Below, piece by piece: positions 1 through 9,122 of a DNA stretch of 64,000 bases (position 1 is its first letter; the number at the start of each line of letters is the position of its first letter). The stretch comes from Candidatus Saccharicenans sp. (GTDB taxonomy: Bacteria; Acidobacteriota; Aminicenantia; Aminicenantales; Saccharicenantaceae): contig JASEIU010000001.1 in the NCBI GenBank assembly GCA_030017715.1, positions 1,520-65,519 of the forward strand. Reading direction: 5' to 3'. A program made the translations under genes and the position numbers. The notes beneath the pieces were generated by a model, which did no database searches, was not told the DNA's origin, and saw nothing but the letters and a program-made list of their open reading frames with translations.

Positions 1-2
1 CC

Positions 3-1676
3 GCCAGGCCCACTGAGATCGAACTCGGCCACCTCAGACAGGCTCTGCAGCAGGTCGGGGCCCAGATTCCCGATACCCTCACCAGGGGCTCTCTGGTTCA
101 CGGCGTGCTTAAGGCAGCCGGGGCTGAAGGTTCACTTCGCCAGATAGAAGGGCGCCAGTTTGAAACGGATTATTTCCGCTATCTGGTCACCCTCGACTGG
201 TTTCGCTGCCTTGACAAGAATGAGCGAAGCAACGATGAGCCTTACTTCGGCCTCCTGACCACGCTGCCTCAGTTCGACCCCGGCGACACGAATTATTTCA
301 GGTTTTTAAAAGATGGCTGCCTCAATCGGTTGGACTCTTATGTTACCCGTACCTACGGCGGGGTCAAAAAGAATACTGACCATGGAATTAAAGGTGACGA
401 CCGGGTCGTATTTGATTACCTAAATTTTAACAGCCCGATTTCCTTTACCATAGACCTATGGGAGGAAGATTACAGCAAGGGAGCAGTATCGGACGCCTTC
501 CGGAACATGGCCGTCGACATCATGCTCAAGATTAAGAATGATATCAAGGCCGCGGTGATGAGCCAGATTCAGGCCTATATCGCCGATGCCATCCTGAGTT
601 CCAGCGGAGTGAGCACCTCGGGTGCCATGCAGTTGCTCGACCAGATTTTTACCGGCAGTTTGAGCTTAGCCGATTTTCAGCGGATGCTGTTTAACCTTTA
701 TTCCGGCCGGGCTTTTGATGCCAGCTGGTATTTAATTTATTTCCTGTTTTCTGGCGGCGACCTGATGCAGACCTTAGCCATGATCGGCGGCGGCTCGACG
801 GTGGTCGGGGCGGTATTGCTCGGCCTGGCCATTGTCGGCCCGGCTTTCTCCGATATGGTCAGCGCCTTCTCTTCCGGCGACGTTAATGCCGGTCTGGTCA
901 ACCTGTTCAAGATCATCACCGTGGTGCCGCTTCTGGTTGATTTCTTCGGGACGATCATCAGATCTCTCATCAACCTTTTCAACATGCTCATGGCCCTCAT
1001 CGACCCGGACGATCATCTCGGTCAGAAAACCATAACCATCCTTCAGACTTCGGCCAGCTGGCGCCAGGATGCGGCCGACGGGGCCTGGCAGTCGAGAGAC
1101 TTTGTCGGCATGCCTGTTGATCAGGCCGACACCTATTTTGCCAGACGCGGCTACGGACCAACCAGGCTGAATAACTCTCTTATTGAAAACAATCTTTTCT
1201 GGGTTCCCTGCTTCACGATCAAAGGCAGCGATGCCGAGTATATTGTTTATTACGAGGTTTTCCGGGAAAAAGCCGGCGGCCGGACCACCTTCGGATTTTA
1301 TTTTCCGGACCAGCCTAAGTACAATGCTAAGAATTTCAGGTATCAGAGCAAGTCTTCCGCCGGTGCCTGGTGGCAGAATATCCTCAGGGTTTCAGTGATG
1401 AGTCTGAATACCGAGGAAACGCCACTGATTTTTATCATAGATAAAAGGACAGGTAGGACCTATTCCAATCTTGAGTCAGGTAATTCTTTTGAATTTGAGG
1501 CCAATCCCGGCACTGACTATGACATCTGGGTGATGAAGCTGAGCGGAGGAGAGCAGGCCGGTTATGTTTCCATATATGAAGGACCAACCATAGATGTTAA
1601 ATGCCCCGAAGCCCGGATAGGCAACGGTTCAGGAGCCGGCCAGCCGCCCGGTTCCCGCCGGACCCACTTAAAGTAG
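3..1676 (+). CDS. Hypothetical protein, 5'-truncated by the window edge; C2-like motifs flanking a long hydrophobic helical insert
   Basis: Frame is open from position 3 (ARPTEIELGHL...) to TAA at 1676. Motifs DEPYF, IDLWEED and DPDDHLGQKTITI flank a Gly/Ala-rich hydrophobic segment (LAMIGGGSTVVGAVLLGLAIVGPAF). Confidence 0.8.
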   Translation, partial: ARPTEIELGHLRQALQQVGAQIPDTLTRGSLVHGVLKAAGAEGSLRQIEGRQFETDYFRYLVTLDWFRCLDKNERSNDEPYFGLLTTLPQFDPGDTNYFRFLKDGCLNRLDSYVTRTYGGVKKNTDHGIKGDDRVVFDYLNFNSPISFTIDLWEEDYSKGAVSDAFRNMAVDIMLKIKNDIKAAVMSQIQAYIADAILSSSGVSTSGAMQLLDQIFTGSLSLADFQRMLFNLYSGRAFDASWYLIYFLFSGGDLMQTLAMIGGGSTVVGAVLLGLAIVGPAFSDMVSAFSSGDVNAGLVNLFKIITVVPLLVDFFGTIIRSLINLFNMLMALIDPDDHLGQKTITILQTSASWRQDAADGAWQSRDFVGMPVDQADTYFARRGYGPTRLNNSLIENNLFWVPCFTIKGSDAEYIVYYEVFREKAGGRTTFGFYFPDQPKYNAKNFRYQSKSSAGAWWQNILRVSVMSLNTEETPLIFIIDKRTGRTYSNLESGNSFEFEANPGTDYDIWVMKLSGGEQAGYVSIYEGPTIDVKCPEARIGNGSGAGQPPGSRRTHLK

Positions 1677-1826
1677 CATCGGTTCAGATTCTTAAGAAAG
1701 GGCCTAATAAAAACAATATCGGAACAGGTCTCTTGTTCAGACCGCAGATATCCGCCGATAGTTTTGTTGATAGCTTTTCGGCTGGTTTGATTATTATCGT
1801 TCTCTGGCTTTTATTTCTTTGAGCTT

Positions 1827-2597
1827 TTAACCCTTAACTTTTTTGTATCCGGACGGTGGCTCGTAGGTTCCCTCGGGGGCAGCCTGTTCTTTGAATTCCA
1901 GCAGCTCGGTGCTTGATTTTACTTCGGTGTTCATAACATTGGTGGTATTTAACTGGAGGACGATAACTCCCTTAATTTTGGACATTTCCTTATAAATTTT
2001 GTCAATCATTTTTTCAAAACCCGGACTTCCGGCCATCATGGCGTTGGTCAGCATCAGATAGCTCTTCCAGTCAATCTTAAGCTCCTCTGTGGCCCAGACC
2101 ACAGATTTAACATCACCCATGGCCATTTTGGTATCGAGGAGGTACTTGCGGCAGTTCCAGCTGCCGATTTTCTGCTTTTCATTGGTCGGGGTCACCTTGA
2201 CTTCCATGCTCTCGGCAAAAGCTTCGGCCATTTCCTGAGCCAGGGCGGCAGCTTCTTCGGCTTCTTTTCCCTTATCGGCCACGTTTTCATCGATCATCTG
2301 TTTGATGTTGAGCGGCATCTCCTGATAGGTCTTTTTCTTGTGGTCGATTTTGTAAAGAAGCCCTTTGTCCATTCTCATGATGGTGGTTTGCTGGTCGCCG
2401 GTGTCGTTCCTTGATCTGTCCTTGCCTATCCAGATAACCGTGATTTCATCTTTGGCCGGCTGAGTCATGCCCATCATCTTCAGGGCGTCGGTATGAGTCT
2501 TCTGCTTCATGTAAATATCGGCCCGCAGCCCGGCAGCCGTCAGGAGCAGAAAACAGGCCAGCGCGGCTCCGACAATCAGGATGCTTTTTGGTTTCAT
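1827..2597 (-). CDS. Secreted DUF4412-like protein
   Basis: AAGGAGG RBS precedes ATG at 2597. Signal peptide present; KVTPTNEKQKIGSWNCRKY and VWATEEL motifs and a C-terminal YEPPSGYKKV are typical of DUF4412/GLPGLI-like proteins. Confidence 0.75.
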   Translation of the reverse strand: MKPKSILIVGAALACFLLLTAAGLRADIYMKQKTHTDALKMMGMTQPAKDEITVIWIGKDRSRNDTGDQQTTIMRMDKGLLYKIDHKKKTYQEMPLNIKQMIDENVADKGKEAEEAAALAQEMAEAFAESMEVKVTPTNEKQKIGSWNCRKYLLDTKMAMGDVKSVVWATEELKIDWKSYLMLTNAMMAGSPGFEKMIDKIYKEMSKIKGVIVLQLNTTNVMNTEVKSSTELLEFKEQAAPEGTYEPPSGYKKVKG

Positions 2598-2668
2598 AAA
2601 TTCCTCCTTTTTCTCCATTTATTTCTTAATGGCTGTTGCCACCTTAAGGTTTTTTTCTTAATTAATTT

Positions 2669-3304
2669 TTACTCAATGACGATCCAGGTTTCGGTTGAGG
2701 CTCTTTTATCGGAGTTAGCGTCATGAACCGTGGTGATGATCTTGTAATTACCGGCCGTAAAACCGCTGAAGTTGTAGTTGAAGGTGAGAGCCACTTCTTT
2801 ATTGGGGTGCCAGGACTTAAAAGGCAGATCGGCAAACCTCTCCTGGCCGCCTAAGATTTCTCCGTCTTCAGCGACCAGTTGAAAATCAGCCAGGAACCGG
2901 AACTGATAAGACCCATCTTCGTTCTTGGTGATTTTGTATCCTGCCGGCTCCAGGTAAAGATATATGGTTTCGCCGTCTGAATAGACGTTGTCTTCTTCCG
3001 GTTCATACACCCCGTAAGTGTTATTCTGTCCTTTGACCAGCCGGACGTTGGCCAGGATCAGGGGGGCTTCCTCCCAGACTTTATCTCTGATGGCTTCAGC
3101 TTTCTCCAGGGCTTTCAGGTAATCGCTGTCTTTAAGTTCTGCCAGAAGAGATTGGTAAAGAGAATCGTAGGCTTCCATTGCCGGGCCCGAGACAGAAGTT
3201 GCAGGTTCAGTTATTTCAGACGTCTTTTCTGACTGTCTGGAACAGTCGGAAAAGAAGAAAAACAAAAAAAGCAAGGAGAATCCCGCGGCCAGAAATCTTT
3301 TCAT
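2669..3304 (-). CDS. Hypothetical lipoprotein with a beta-rich C-terminal domain
   Basis: GGAGG RBS; hydrophobic leader ending FSD-C; 211-aa ORF. Confidence 0.75.
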   Translation of the reverse strand: MKRFLAAGFSLLFLFFFFSDCSRQSEKTSEITEPATSVSGPAMEAYDSLYQSLLAELKDSDYLKALEKAEAIRDKVWEEAPLILANVRLVKGQNNTYGVYEPEEDNVYSDGETIYLYLEPAGYKITKNEDGSYQFRFLADFQLVAEDGEILGGQERFADLPFKSWHPNKEVALTFNYNFSGFTAGNYKIITTVHDANSDKRASTETWIVIE

Positions 3305-3753
3305 GGTTTCCTCCTTCCTTCGCGGGCTATCTTGTACTTATTTGATTATAAAATGATTTTAAATGTCAAATTTTTAGCCGGGTTGGGGTTGCCGCCGGCA
3401 TCCAAGTTCTGGGTAATACCTGAAGGACCCGGCTCTGCCGGTCGCCGGATGATAGTGCGGCGTTATCAGGCCGCTTGTGAGAAATCCTGGAGCGCCCCGA
3501 GAAGACTTTCATCCCCGTCATACGGCAATCAAAACGGAGTCATTAGCTTTCATTTTAATCATATATAGATTAGAACAGAATCTTCCGGCCTCCTATATTG
3601 AAGCTTATCCTTGTTGAATCGAAACAGGGATATTTCAGTTATACCTTTAGACGGGGAGCCTTGCGTTAGCTCTGAGGAATTATATGTTGAAGGGGACAAG
3701 AACCTGGTCTTATAATTCTGGTATCTGAGATTCTCCTTGAGATTGCAACCTTT

Positions 3754-4749
3754 ATGGAGGGGAAAATGAGCAAAGGAGCTTTCTTAAAGCTATCCCGGCC
3801 TGGTTTAGCGCTCTTTTTTATTGCCCAGCTAATTTTTATAAATTACCTCCTGTCCGGGCAGCAGGCCGGTGGCGAGAACGTCCAGGTTAATGAGGTGGTC
3901 AGGGCCAGAATTGGTTCCGGAGCTGAGGATCTGGGGGTCGTCACTCCGCAGGAAGCCAATCCTGAAGGGCCGATGAGTTTTGCCGTCAGTCACGCCGGAG
4001 AAATATATGTTCTCGACCAGCTCAACTCCAGAATTCAGGTTTTTAAGGACGGTCGATGGCTGCGCTCTATTCCTATCCCCGGAGAGACTTACTGCGACCT
4101 GGAAATCATGTCCGATGGCCGAATTGCCCTTCTCGATAACCTGATAAGGCAGGAAGTTATAATGATCAATTCCCGCGGGCAGGCAGAAGAAAAAATATCT
4201 TTGAGACGGCCGGAGATAGCGGAGCCGGCAGCCGTTACCGGCATTTACTGCCGGAGCGAAGGGCTGTGGCCAGGCCTGTGGGCTGAAGCGGAAAACAGGT
4301 TTATTTTGCTGACCGGACTCGATGGCAAGCCTGCGGCCGAGGTGAAGGTACTGCCCGGTCTTCTTACCCCGAGCGGGCGAAGATTGCTAAAAATTGAAAT
4401 GGCTGGCGAAAAGCAGGTCAGACTCTTTTGCTCAGAAGAGGATTTTCAGACCTGGAGAAGTTATGACATCAGCTTCGGGTTGCCGGTGGGGATTATCTAC
4501 GGGCCATGGAAAGACAGGGCAGGAAATCTTTACCTGGCGGCCAATATTTTTGATGTTCAGGATGAGGACAACGAAATGGTGGTCCTGGATCCTTCCGGCC
4601 AGGAGCGAAACCGGATTAAAATGGCCCTGTCCTCGGGAATTCACGAAGTTTTGAAGCCTGTGCTGGTTACGCCCGACGGTTTGATTTACCAGATGGCTAT
4701 TGAGCCTGAAAAAAACCTTGTTGTCATACGACAATACAGAATAGATTAA
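3754..4749 (+). CDS. Secreted beta-propeller (NHL-like) protein
   Basis: Signal peptide; GPMSFAV..GEIYVLDQLNSRIQVF is an NHL-type blade. Start may be the ATG at 3766. Confidence 0.7.
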   Translation: MEGKMSKGAFLKLSRPGLALFFIAQLIFINYLLSGQQAGGENVQVNEVVRARIGSGAEDLGVVTPQEANPEGPMSFAVSHAGEIYVLDQLNSRIQVFKDGRWLRSIPIPGETYCDLEIMSDGRIALLDNLIRQEVIMINSRGQAEEKISLRRPEIAEPAAVTGIYCRSEGLWPGLWAEAENRFILLTGLDGKPAAEVKVLPGLLTPSGRRLLKIEMAGEKQVRLFCSEEDFQTWRSYDISFGLPVGIIYGPWKDRAGNLYLAANIFDVQDEDNEMVVLDPSGQERNRIKMALSSGIHEVLKPVLVTPDGLIYQMAIEPEKNLVVIRQYRID

Positions 4750-4762
4750 GGTTTATTCTGCA

Positions 4763-6859
4763 TCAGGAGCATTTGTTCCAGCCGCAATTGGCGCAGATCG
4801 GACATTTTTCATCTGGCAAGGTGGCCCCGCACACCGGGCAGACCTCCCGCAGCAGGTCCCGGTTGTTTTCTTTAACTTCGCCTAAGTGACGTTCGAGCAC
4901 CTTGGCCACAGCATCGGGAATCGATTGCACCAGACCGCCTTCGGTAAATACCGGCTCGCTTCCGCCAATTCCTTTTAGCTGGAGGATAACTTCCTTAGAG
5001 TCGACGCCGCTCCGCAGGGCCAGGGAAATCAGGCGGCCTATAGCTTCAGCGTCAGCCATGGTGGAATAGCCGCTTTTACCTATGGAGGTGAATACCTCAA
5101 ACGGTTTGTCGTTGAGAAAAGTTATGGTCACATAAAGGTTGCCCAGCCCGGTTTTGATCTTGTCGGTGAGCGAGGGCAGGCTGATGGGCCTTTCCCGGGG
5201 AATAAGTTTTGGTTTGCTGGTGGCGGCCGCATAGAGAACCTGCTCGGCTTTGCTGCCGTCGCGATAAATGGTTATGCCTTTTGTTCCCATCTCGTATGCT
5301 GAGAGAAAAGCCTTTTCCACATCTTCGACCGCGGCCTTGTTCGGCAGGTTGATGGTTTTCGAGACTGAATTGTCGACATATTTCTGAAAGGCCGCCTGCA
5401 TTCGGATATGACCCTCATAGGGAATCTCATGGGCGGTGACAAAGTAATCGGGTAGCGGCTCGTCAGGATGTTCTTTCTTCCAGGCTTCGTAGATCGGGTG
5501 GACGTCCCGGAGCTCGCCGTCAAGAATCTTGCTGACAAATTCAAAGGCAAAAATCGGCTCAATCGAGCTTGAACAGCCGGCAATCCGCGAAATCGTCCCG
5601 GTCGGAGCAATCGTCAGGACGGTGGCGTTGCGGCGTTTTTTACCCTTATAGATTGATTTATTGATGTTGGGGAAGCTGCCCTTGAGCTCTCCTAATTTTT
5701 CGCTTTCGAGGTCGGCGTGCTCGCGCATAAACGAAGCCAGCTTTTCGGCAAACTCCAGGGCTTCGGGCGATTCGTAGCGGAGCTTTTTCTTCAGCAGCAG
5801 GTCGGCCCAGCCCATAACACCCAGTCCGATGCGGCGGTTGGCCCGGGTCATCTCGGCAATCTGCGGGAGAGGATATTTGTTGACGTCGATCACGTTGTCT
5901 AAGAACCGAACTGCTACTTCTATCAGGCCGGCAAACCTTTCCCAGTCGAACTCCTCCGGCTTTTCCGGGTCGTAAAAATTGGAGAGGTTGATCGACCCGA
6001 GGTTGCAGGATTCATAGGGATGGAGCGGTTGTTCGCCGCAGGGGTTGGTGGCGGAGATCGGCCCCAGCTCCCGGGTGGGGTTGGACTGGTTGATGCGGTC
6101 AATGAAAATCAGGCCCGGGTCTCCGGAAGCCCAGGCTGATTCCACAATCAGCCTGAATACCTGGCGAGCCTTTTTTCGGACGGTTTTCTTCTTGAGGTAA
6201 GGATTGTAAAGCCAGTAATAACCGTCGTGCTTCAGCGCCTGCATGAATTCGTCGGTAATGGCCACCGAGATGTTGAAGTTGTTGAGTGTTTTGCCGTCGC
6301 GTTTCATGGTGACGAATTCTTCAATGTCCGGATGGTCGACGCGCAGGATGCCGATATTGGCTCCGCGCCGGGTGCCCCCCTGCTTAACCGCTTCGGTGGC
6401 GGCATCGATCACCCTGAGGAAGGAGACCGGGCCGGAAGCCACGCCCTGGGTCTTGTGGACAAAGCTGCCCTTCGGCCGGAGCTGACTGAAGTCGAAGCCG
6501 GTGCCGCCGCCTTCTTTGTGCACCAGGGCGGCGTTCTTCACCGTGTCGAATATGGATTCCATCGAATCTTCAATCGGCAGGACGAAACAGGCGCTGAGAC
6601 ACATATCGCGCCCGGCGCCGGTGAGAGTCGGGCTGTTGGGAAGAAAATCGCGGGCCATCATCGCCTGGAAAAATTTCTCGGCCCATTTCTTCCTTTCAGC
6701 CGGGGTTTTTTCGGCCGAGGCAATGTATTCCGCCACCCGGAGAAAGAGGTCGGACGGCCTTTTGTCGAGAAGCTCGCCTTTATCGTTTTTCAGGAAGTAT
6801 CGGGTTTTCAGAATTTTTATAGCGTTGGGAGAAAAACCTTCATCCTTAAGGTGAACCAT
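4763..6859 (-). CDS. nrdJ: Class II (adenosylcobalamin-dependent) ribonucleotide reductase with C-terminal TSCPD/Cys-rich region
   Basis: FLPNSPTL, SACFVL, GGGTG, TNPCGEQ (catalytic Asn/Cys/Glu), TIAPTGTIS, SVSKTIN, KGITIYRDGS, and C-terminal CPVC..CANCGWNKC; no ATP cone. Confidence 0.95.
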   Translation of the reverse strand: MVHLKDEGFSPNAIKILKTRYFLKNDKGELLDKRPSDLFLRVAEYIASAEKTPAERKKWAEKFFQAMMARDFLPNSPTLTGAGRDMCLSACFVLPIEDSMESIFDTVKNAALVHKEGGGTGFDFSQLRPKGSFVHKTQGVASGPVSFLRVIDAATEAVKQGGTRRGANIGILRVDHPDIEEFVTMKRDGKTLNNFNISVAITDEFMQALKHDGYYWLYNPYLKKKTVRKKARQVFRLIVESAWASGDPGLIFIDRINQSNPTRELGPISATNPCGEQPLHPYESCNLGSINLSNFYDPEKPEEFDWERFAGLIEVAVRFLDNVIDVNKYPLPQIAEMTRANRRIGLGVMGWADLLLKKKLRYESPEALEFAEKLASFMREHADLESEKLGELKGSFPNINKSIYKGKKRRNATVLTIAPTGTISRIAGCSSSIEPIFAFEFVSKILDGELRDVHPIYEAWKKEHPDEPLPDYFVTAHEIPYEGHIRMQAAFQKYVDNSVSKTINLPNKAAVEDVEKAFLSAYEMGTKGITIYRDGSKAEQVLYAAATSKPKLIPRERPISLPSLTDKIKTGLGNLYVTITFLNDKPFEVFTSIGKSGYSTMADAEAIGRLISLALRSGVDSKEVILQLKGIGGSEPVFTEGGLVQSIPDAVAKVLERHLGEVKENNRDLLREVCPVCGATLPDEKCPICANCGWNKCS

Positions 6860-6897
6860 GTTTACCTCCTTTTTCCGGGCTGCTGATTTATGACTAC

Positions 6898-7191
6898 TTA
6901 TCTTTTGCCTGCGGCTTTGAGTTTGCTGGCGATGGTGGCTTCTTTGTCCAGGCGGTGGTCAAGCCTGAGGTCGATATGAATCCGGCGGGCGCCCATTTCT
7001 ATTAGCTTCCGGTGGCAGTCGGAAACCAGCTTCAGGATCGACTCCAGGTCAGGGCCCTCAATCGTTGTTGACATGGCTCCGGTTTCAGAACGCAGGCCGG
7101 AGTTTTCTATGACCTTGATTACTTCTTTTACATATTGACTGACCGAAGAGCCCTCAGAAGTCGGAAAAATGGCAAATTCCGCGATTACCAT
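6898..7191 (-). CDS. MTH1187/YkoF family thiamine-binding protein
   Basis: 97 aa; AEFAIFP..SVSQYV..IENSGL..GAMSTTIEG matches the family pattern. Confidence 0.85.
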   Translation of the reverse strand: MVIAEFAIFPTSEGSSVSQYVKEVIKVIENSGLRSETGAMSTTIEGPDLESILKLVSDCHRKLIEMGARRIHIDLRLDHRLDKEATIASKLKAAGKR

Positions 7192-7488
7192 CGGGGTTTC
7201 TCCCTGTGCTTGATGTTAGCAATACCATTATAGCTTAGCTATGAAGAAATTGAAGAGGGCGGCGGCTGGCGCAAGTGAAGATCCGGGCGGGAGAATAATC
7301 ACCGCAAATAATGAGTTGTTGTTGTATTTGATTTGATAATCAGATCAGGAGGGGGCGCGATTATCAGGAGCGCCGGCAGAGCGTTGTCTGAAATTTAAGT
7401 CCTGGAAAAAGGACCCGGAGAATTGAAACGCCAGAGCTAAAATAGTATTCTTGAAAATCTAAAACCTGCTGACCGGATTATTTGGAAG

Positions 7489-8865
7489 ATGGAACTGACG
7501 CGGGAAAGAAAATTTATTCTGCTGGCTTCAACCTTAGCTTCATTTCTAACTCCGTTTATGGGCTCGGCCATGAACCTGGCTCTGCCCGGGATCGCCAGGG
7601 ATTTCAAACTGAGTGCAGTCACTCTGGGCTGGACGGTGACTGCCTATCTTTTGACGACGGCGGTTTTGCTCGTGCCGTTCGGCAAGCTGGCCGACCTGCT
7701 GGGCCGGCGGAAAGTTTTTGTCGCCGGGATCAGCCTGTTTCTGGCGGGAACGCTTTTCTGCGGGCTGGCCTTTTCCGGGCTCTGGCTGATTGTCTTCCGG
7801 GCGCTTCAGGGAATAGGCGGGGCGATGATTTTTTCCACCAGCATTGCCCTGTTGGCCTCGAATTTCCCTCCGGAAAATCGCGGCCAGGTTCTGGGAATAA
7901 ATGTTGCCGCCACCTATACCGGACTTTCTCTGGGGCCGGTGGTCGGCGGACTGCTGGTTCATTACACCGGCTGGCGAAGCGTCTTTTTCTTTTCGCTCCT
8001 GCCCGGGATGCTGGCTCTTTACCTGGTGACCAGAGCTTACCGGCCGGAGACAGCCGGGTCCGGCGACGGGTTTTCGGGATTTGATTTCAAGGGCTCGTTG
8101 ATTTATGGGGCAGCGCTGGTAAGTTTTATGCTGGGCTTTTCCAGGCTGCCGGCCGGCTATGGATTCGCTCTGGCGGCCTCAGGAATAATTCTTATGGTTC
8201 TGTTTTTCAATTTTGAAAGCCGGCAACTCCGGCCGGTGCTTGAGACTTCGCTTTTCAGGAGAAACCGGACCTTTGCCTTCTCCAATCTGGCGGCGCTGAT
8301 CAATTACAGCTCCACCTTCTCCGTGGGCTATCTTATGAGCCTTTATCTGCAGTACATCCATGGTTTTTCGCCGCGGACGGCCGGGCTGGTGCTGGTGGCT
8401 CAGCCGGTAGTCCAGGCTTTGTTTTCGCCGGCCGCTGGAAAGGCATCCGACCGGATTGAGCCGCGGATTTTAGCTTCGGCCGGCATGGGGCTGACAGCAC
8501 TGGGGCTGGTGGCCCTGGCTTTTATCCGCCCCGAAACCTCTCTGCTGTGGGTAATCCTGAGCCTGGTTTTCCTGGGCGGCGGGTTCGGGCTTTTTTCCTC
8601 TCCCAACACCAACGCGGTGATGGGTTCGGTGGAAAGCAAGAGCTACGGAGTGGCTTCGGCTGCTCTGGCTACTATGCGGATGCTCGGCCAGATGTTCAGC
8701 CTGGGAATGACAATGATGATTATGTCGGTGGTGATGGGCAACGTTCCGATTGTTCCGGGAACTTATCCGGCCTTTATGCAGAGCCTGCGCCTGACGCTGG
8801 CTGTCTTTGCCGGCCTGAATTTCCTTGGGATTTTCGCTTCCCTGGCCCGCAAAAAATCTGCGTAA
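7489..8865 (+). CDS. MFS transporter, DHA2 (EmrB/QacA-like) family
   Basis: About 14 hydrophobic segments; motif A GKLADLLGRRK; RALQGIGGA; GPVVGG. Confidence 0.92.
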   Translation: MELTRERKFILLASTLASFLTPFMGSAMNLALPGIARDFKLSAVTLGWTVTAYLLTTAVLLVPFGKLADLLGRRKVFVAGISLFLAGTLFCGLAFSGLWLIVFRALQGIGGAMIFSTSIALLASNFPPENRGQVLGINVAATYTGLSLGPVVGGLLVHYTGWRSVFFFSLLPGMLALYLVTRAYRPETAGSGDGFSGFDFKGSLIYGAALVSFMLGFSRLPAGYGFALAASGIILMVLFFNFESRQLRPVLETSLFRRNRTFAFSNLAALINYSSTFSVGYLMSLYLQYIHGFSPRTAGLVLVAQPVVQALFSPAAGKASDRIEPRILASAGMGLTALGLVALAFIRPETSLLWVILSLVFLGGGFGLFSSPNTNAVMGSVESKSYGVASAALATMRMLGQMFSLGMTMMIMSVVMGNVPIVPGTYPAFMQSLRLTLAVFAGLNFLGIFASLARKKSA

Positions 8866-8900
8866 AACGGGGGACACAATACACATTTCCTGATTTTTTC
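8865..8900 (+). repeat. GGGGACAC-family repeat, copy directly after the MFS stop codon
   Basis: AAACGGGGGACACAATACACATTTCCTGATTTTTTC; the first 18 nt are the exact reverse complement of 14072-14089. Confidence 0.7.
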
Positions 8901-9122
8901 CTTAGCCAGAGCCCGGGCTTCCTGCTTAATTTCTTAAAACCAACGACGCCTGCGTCCCCCAGTATTTTCCGTCCGTTATTTTTGTTTGCAGTGCAAATAG
9001 CTATGATAATTAGAATTCATATTATTCCTGAGTCTGGAATAATTACCTTGAAAACCGAGAAATGAGCATCTTTCCGTATTTATTATCTGATCGATAAACC
9101 CAATGCTAAAAAATTTAAAAAG

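Noticed and set aside
4730..4765. Selenocysteine read-through of the nrdJ TGA (TGA-TGC)
   Set aside because: CxxCGWNKCS is a normal NrdJ C-terminus; read-through would run into the convergent gene, and no SECIS-like hairpin is evident.
6860..7488. Cobalamin riboswitch or NrdR boxes upstream of nrdJ
   Set aside because: No B12-box or tandem NrdR consensus recognisable by eye; an Infernal scan would be needed to exclude it.
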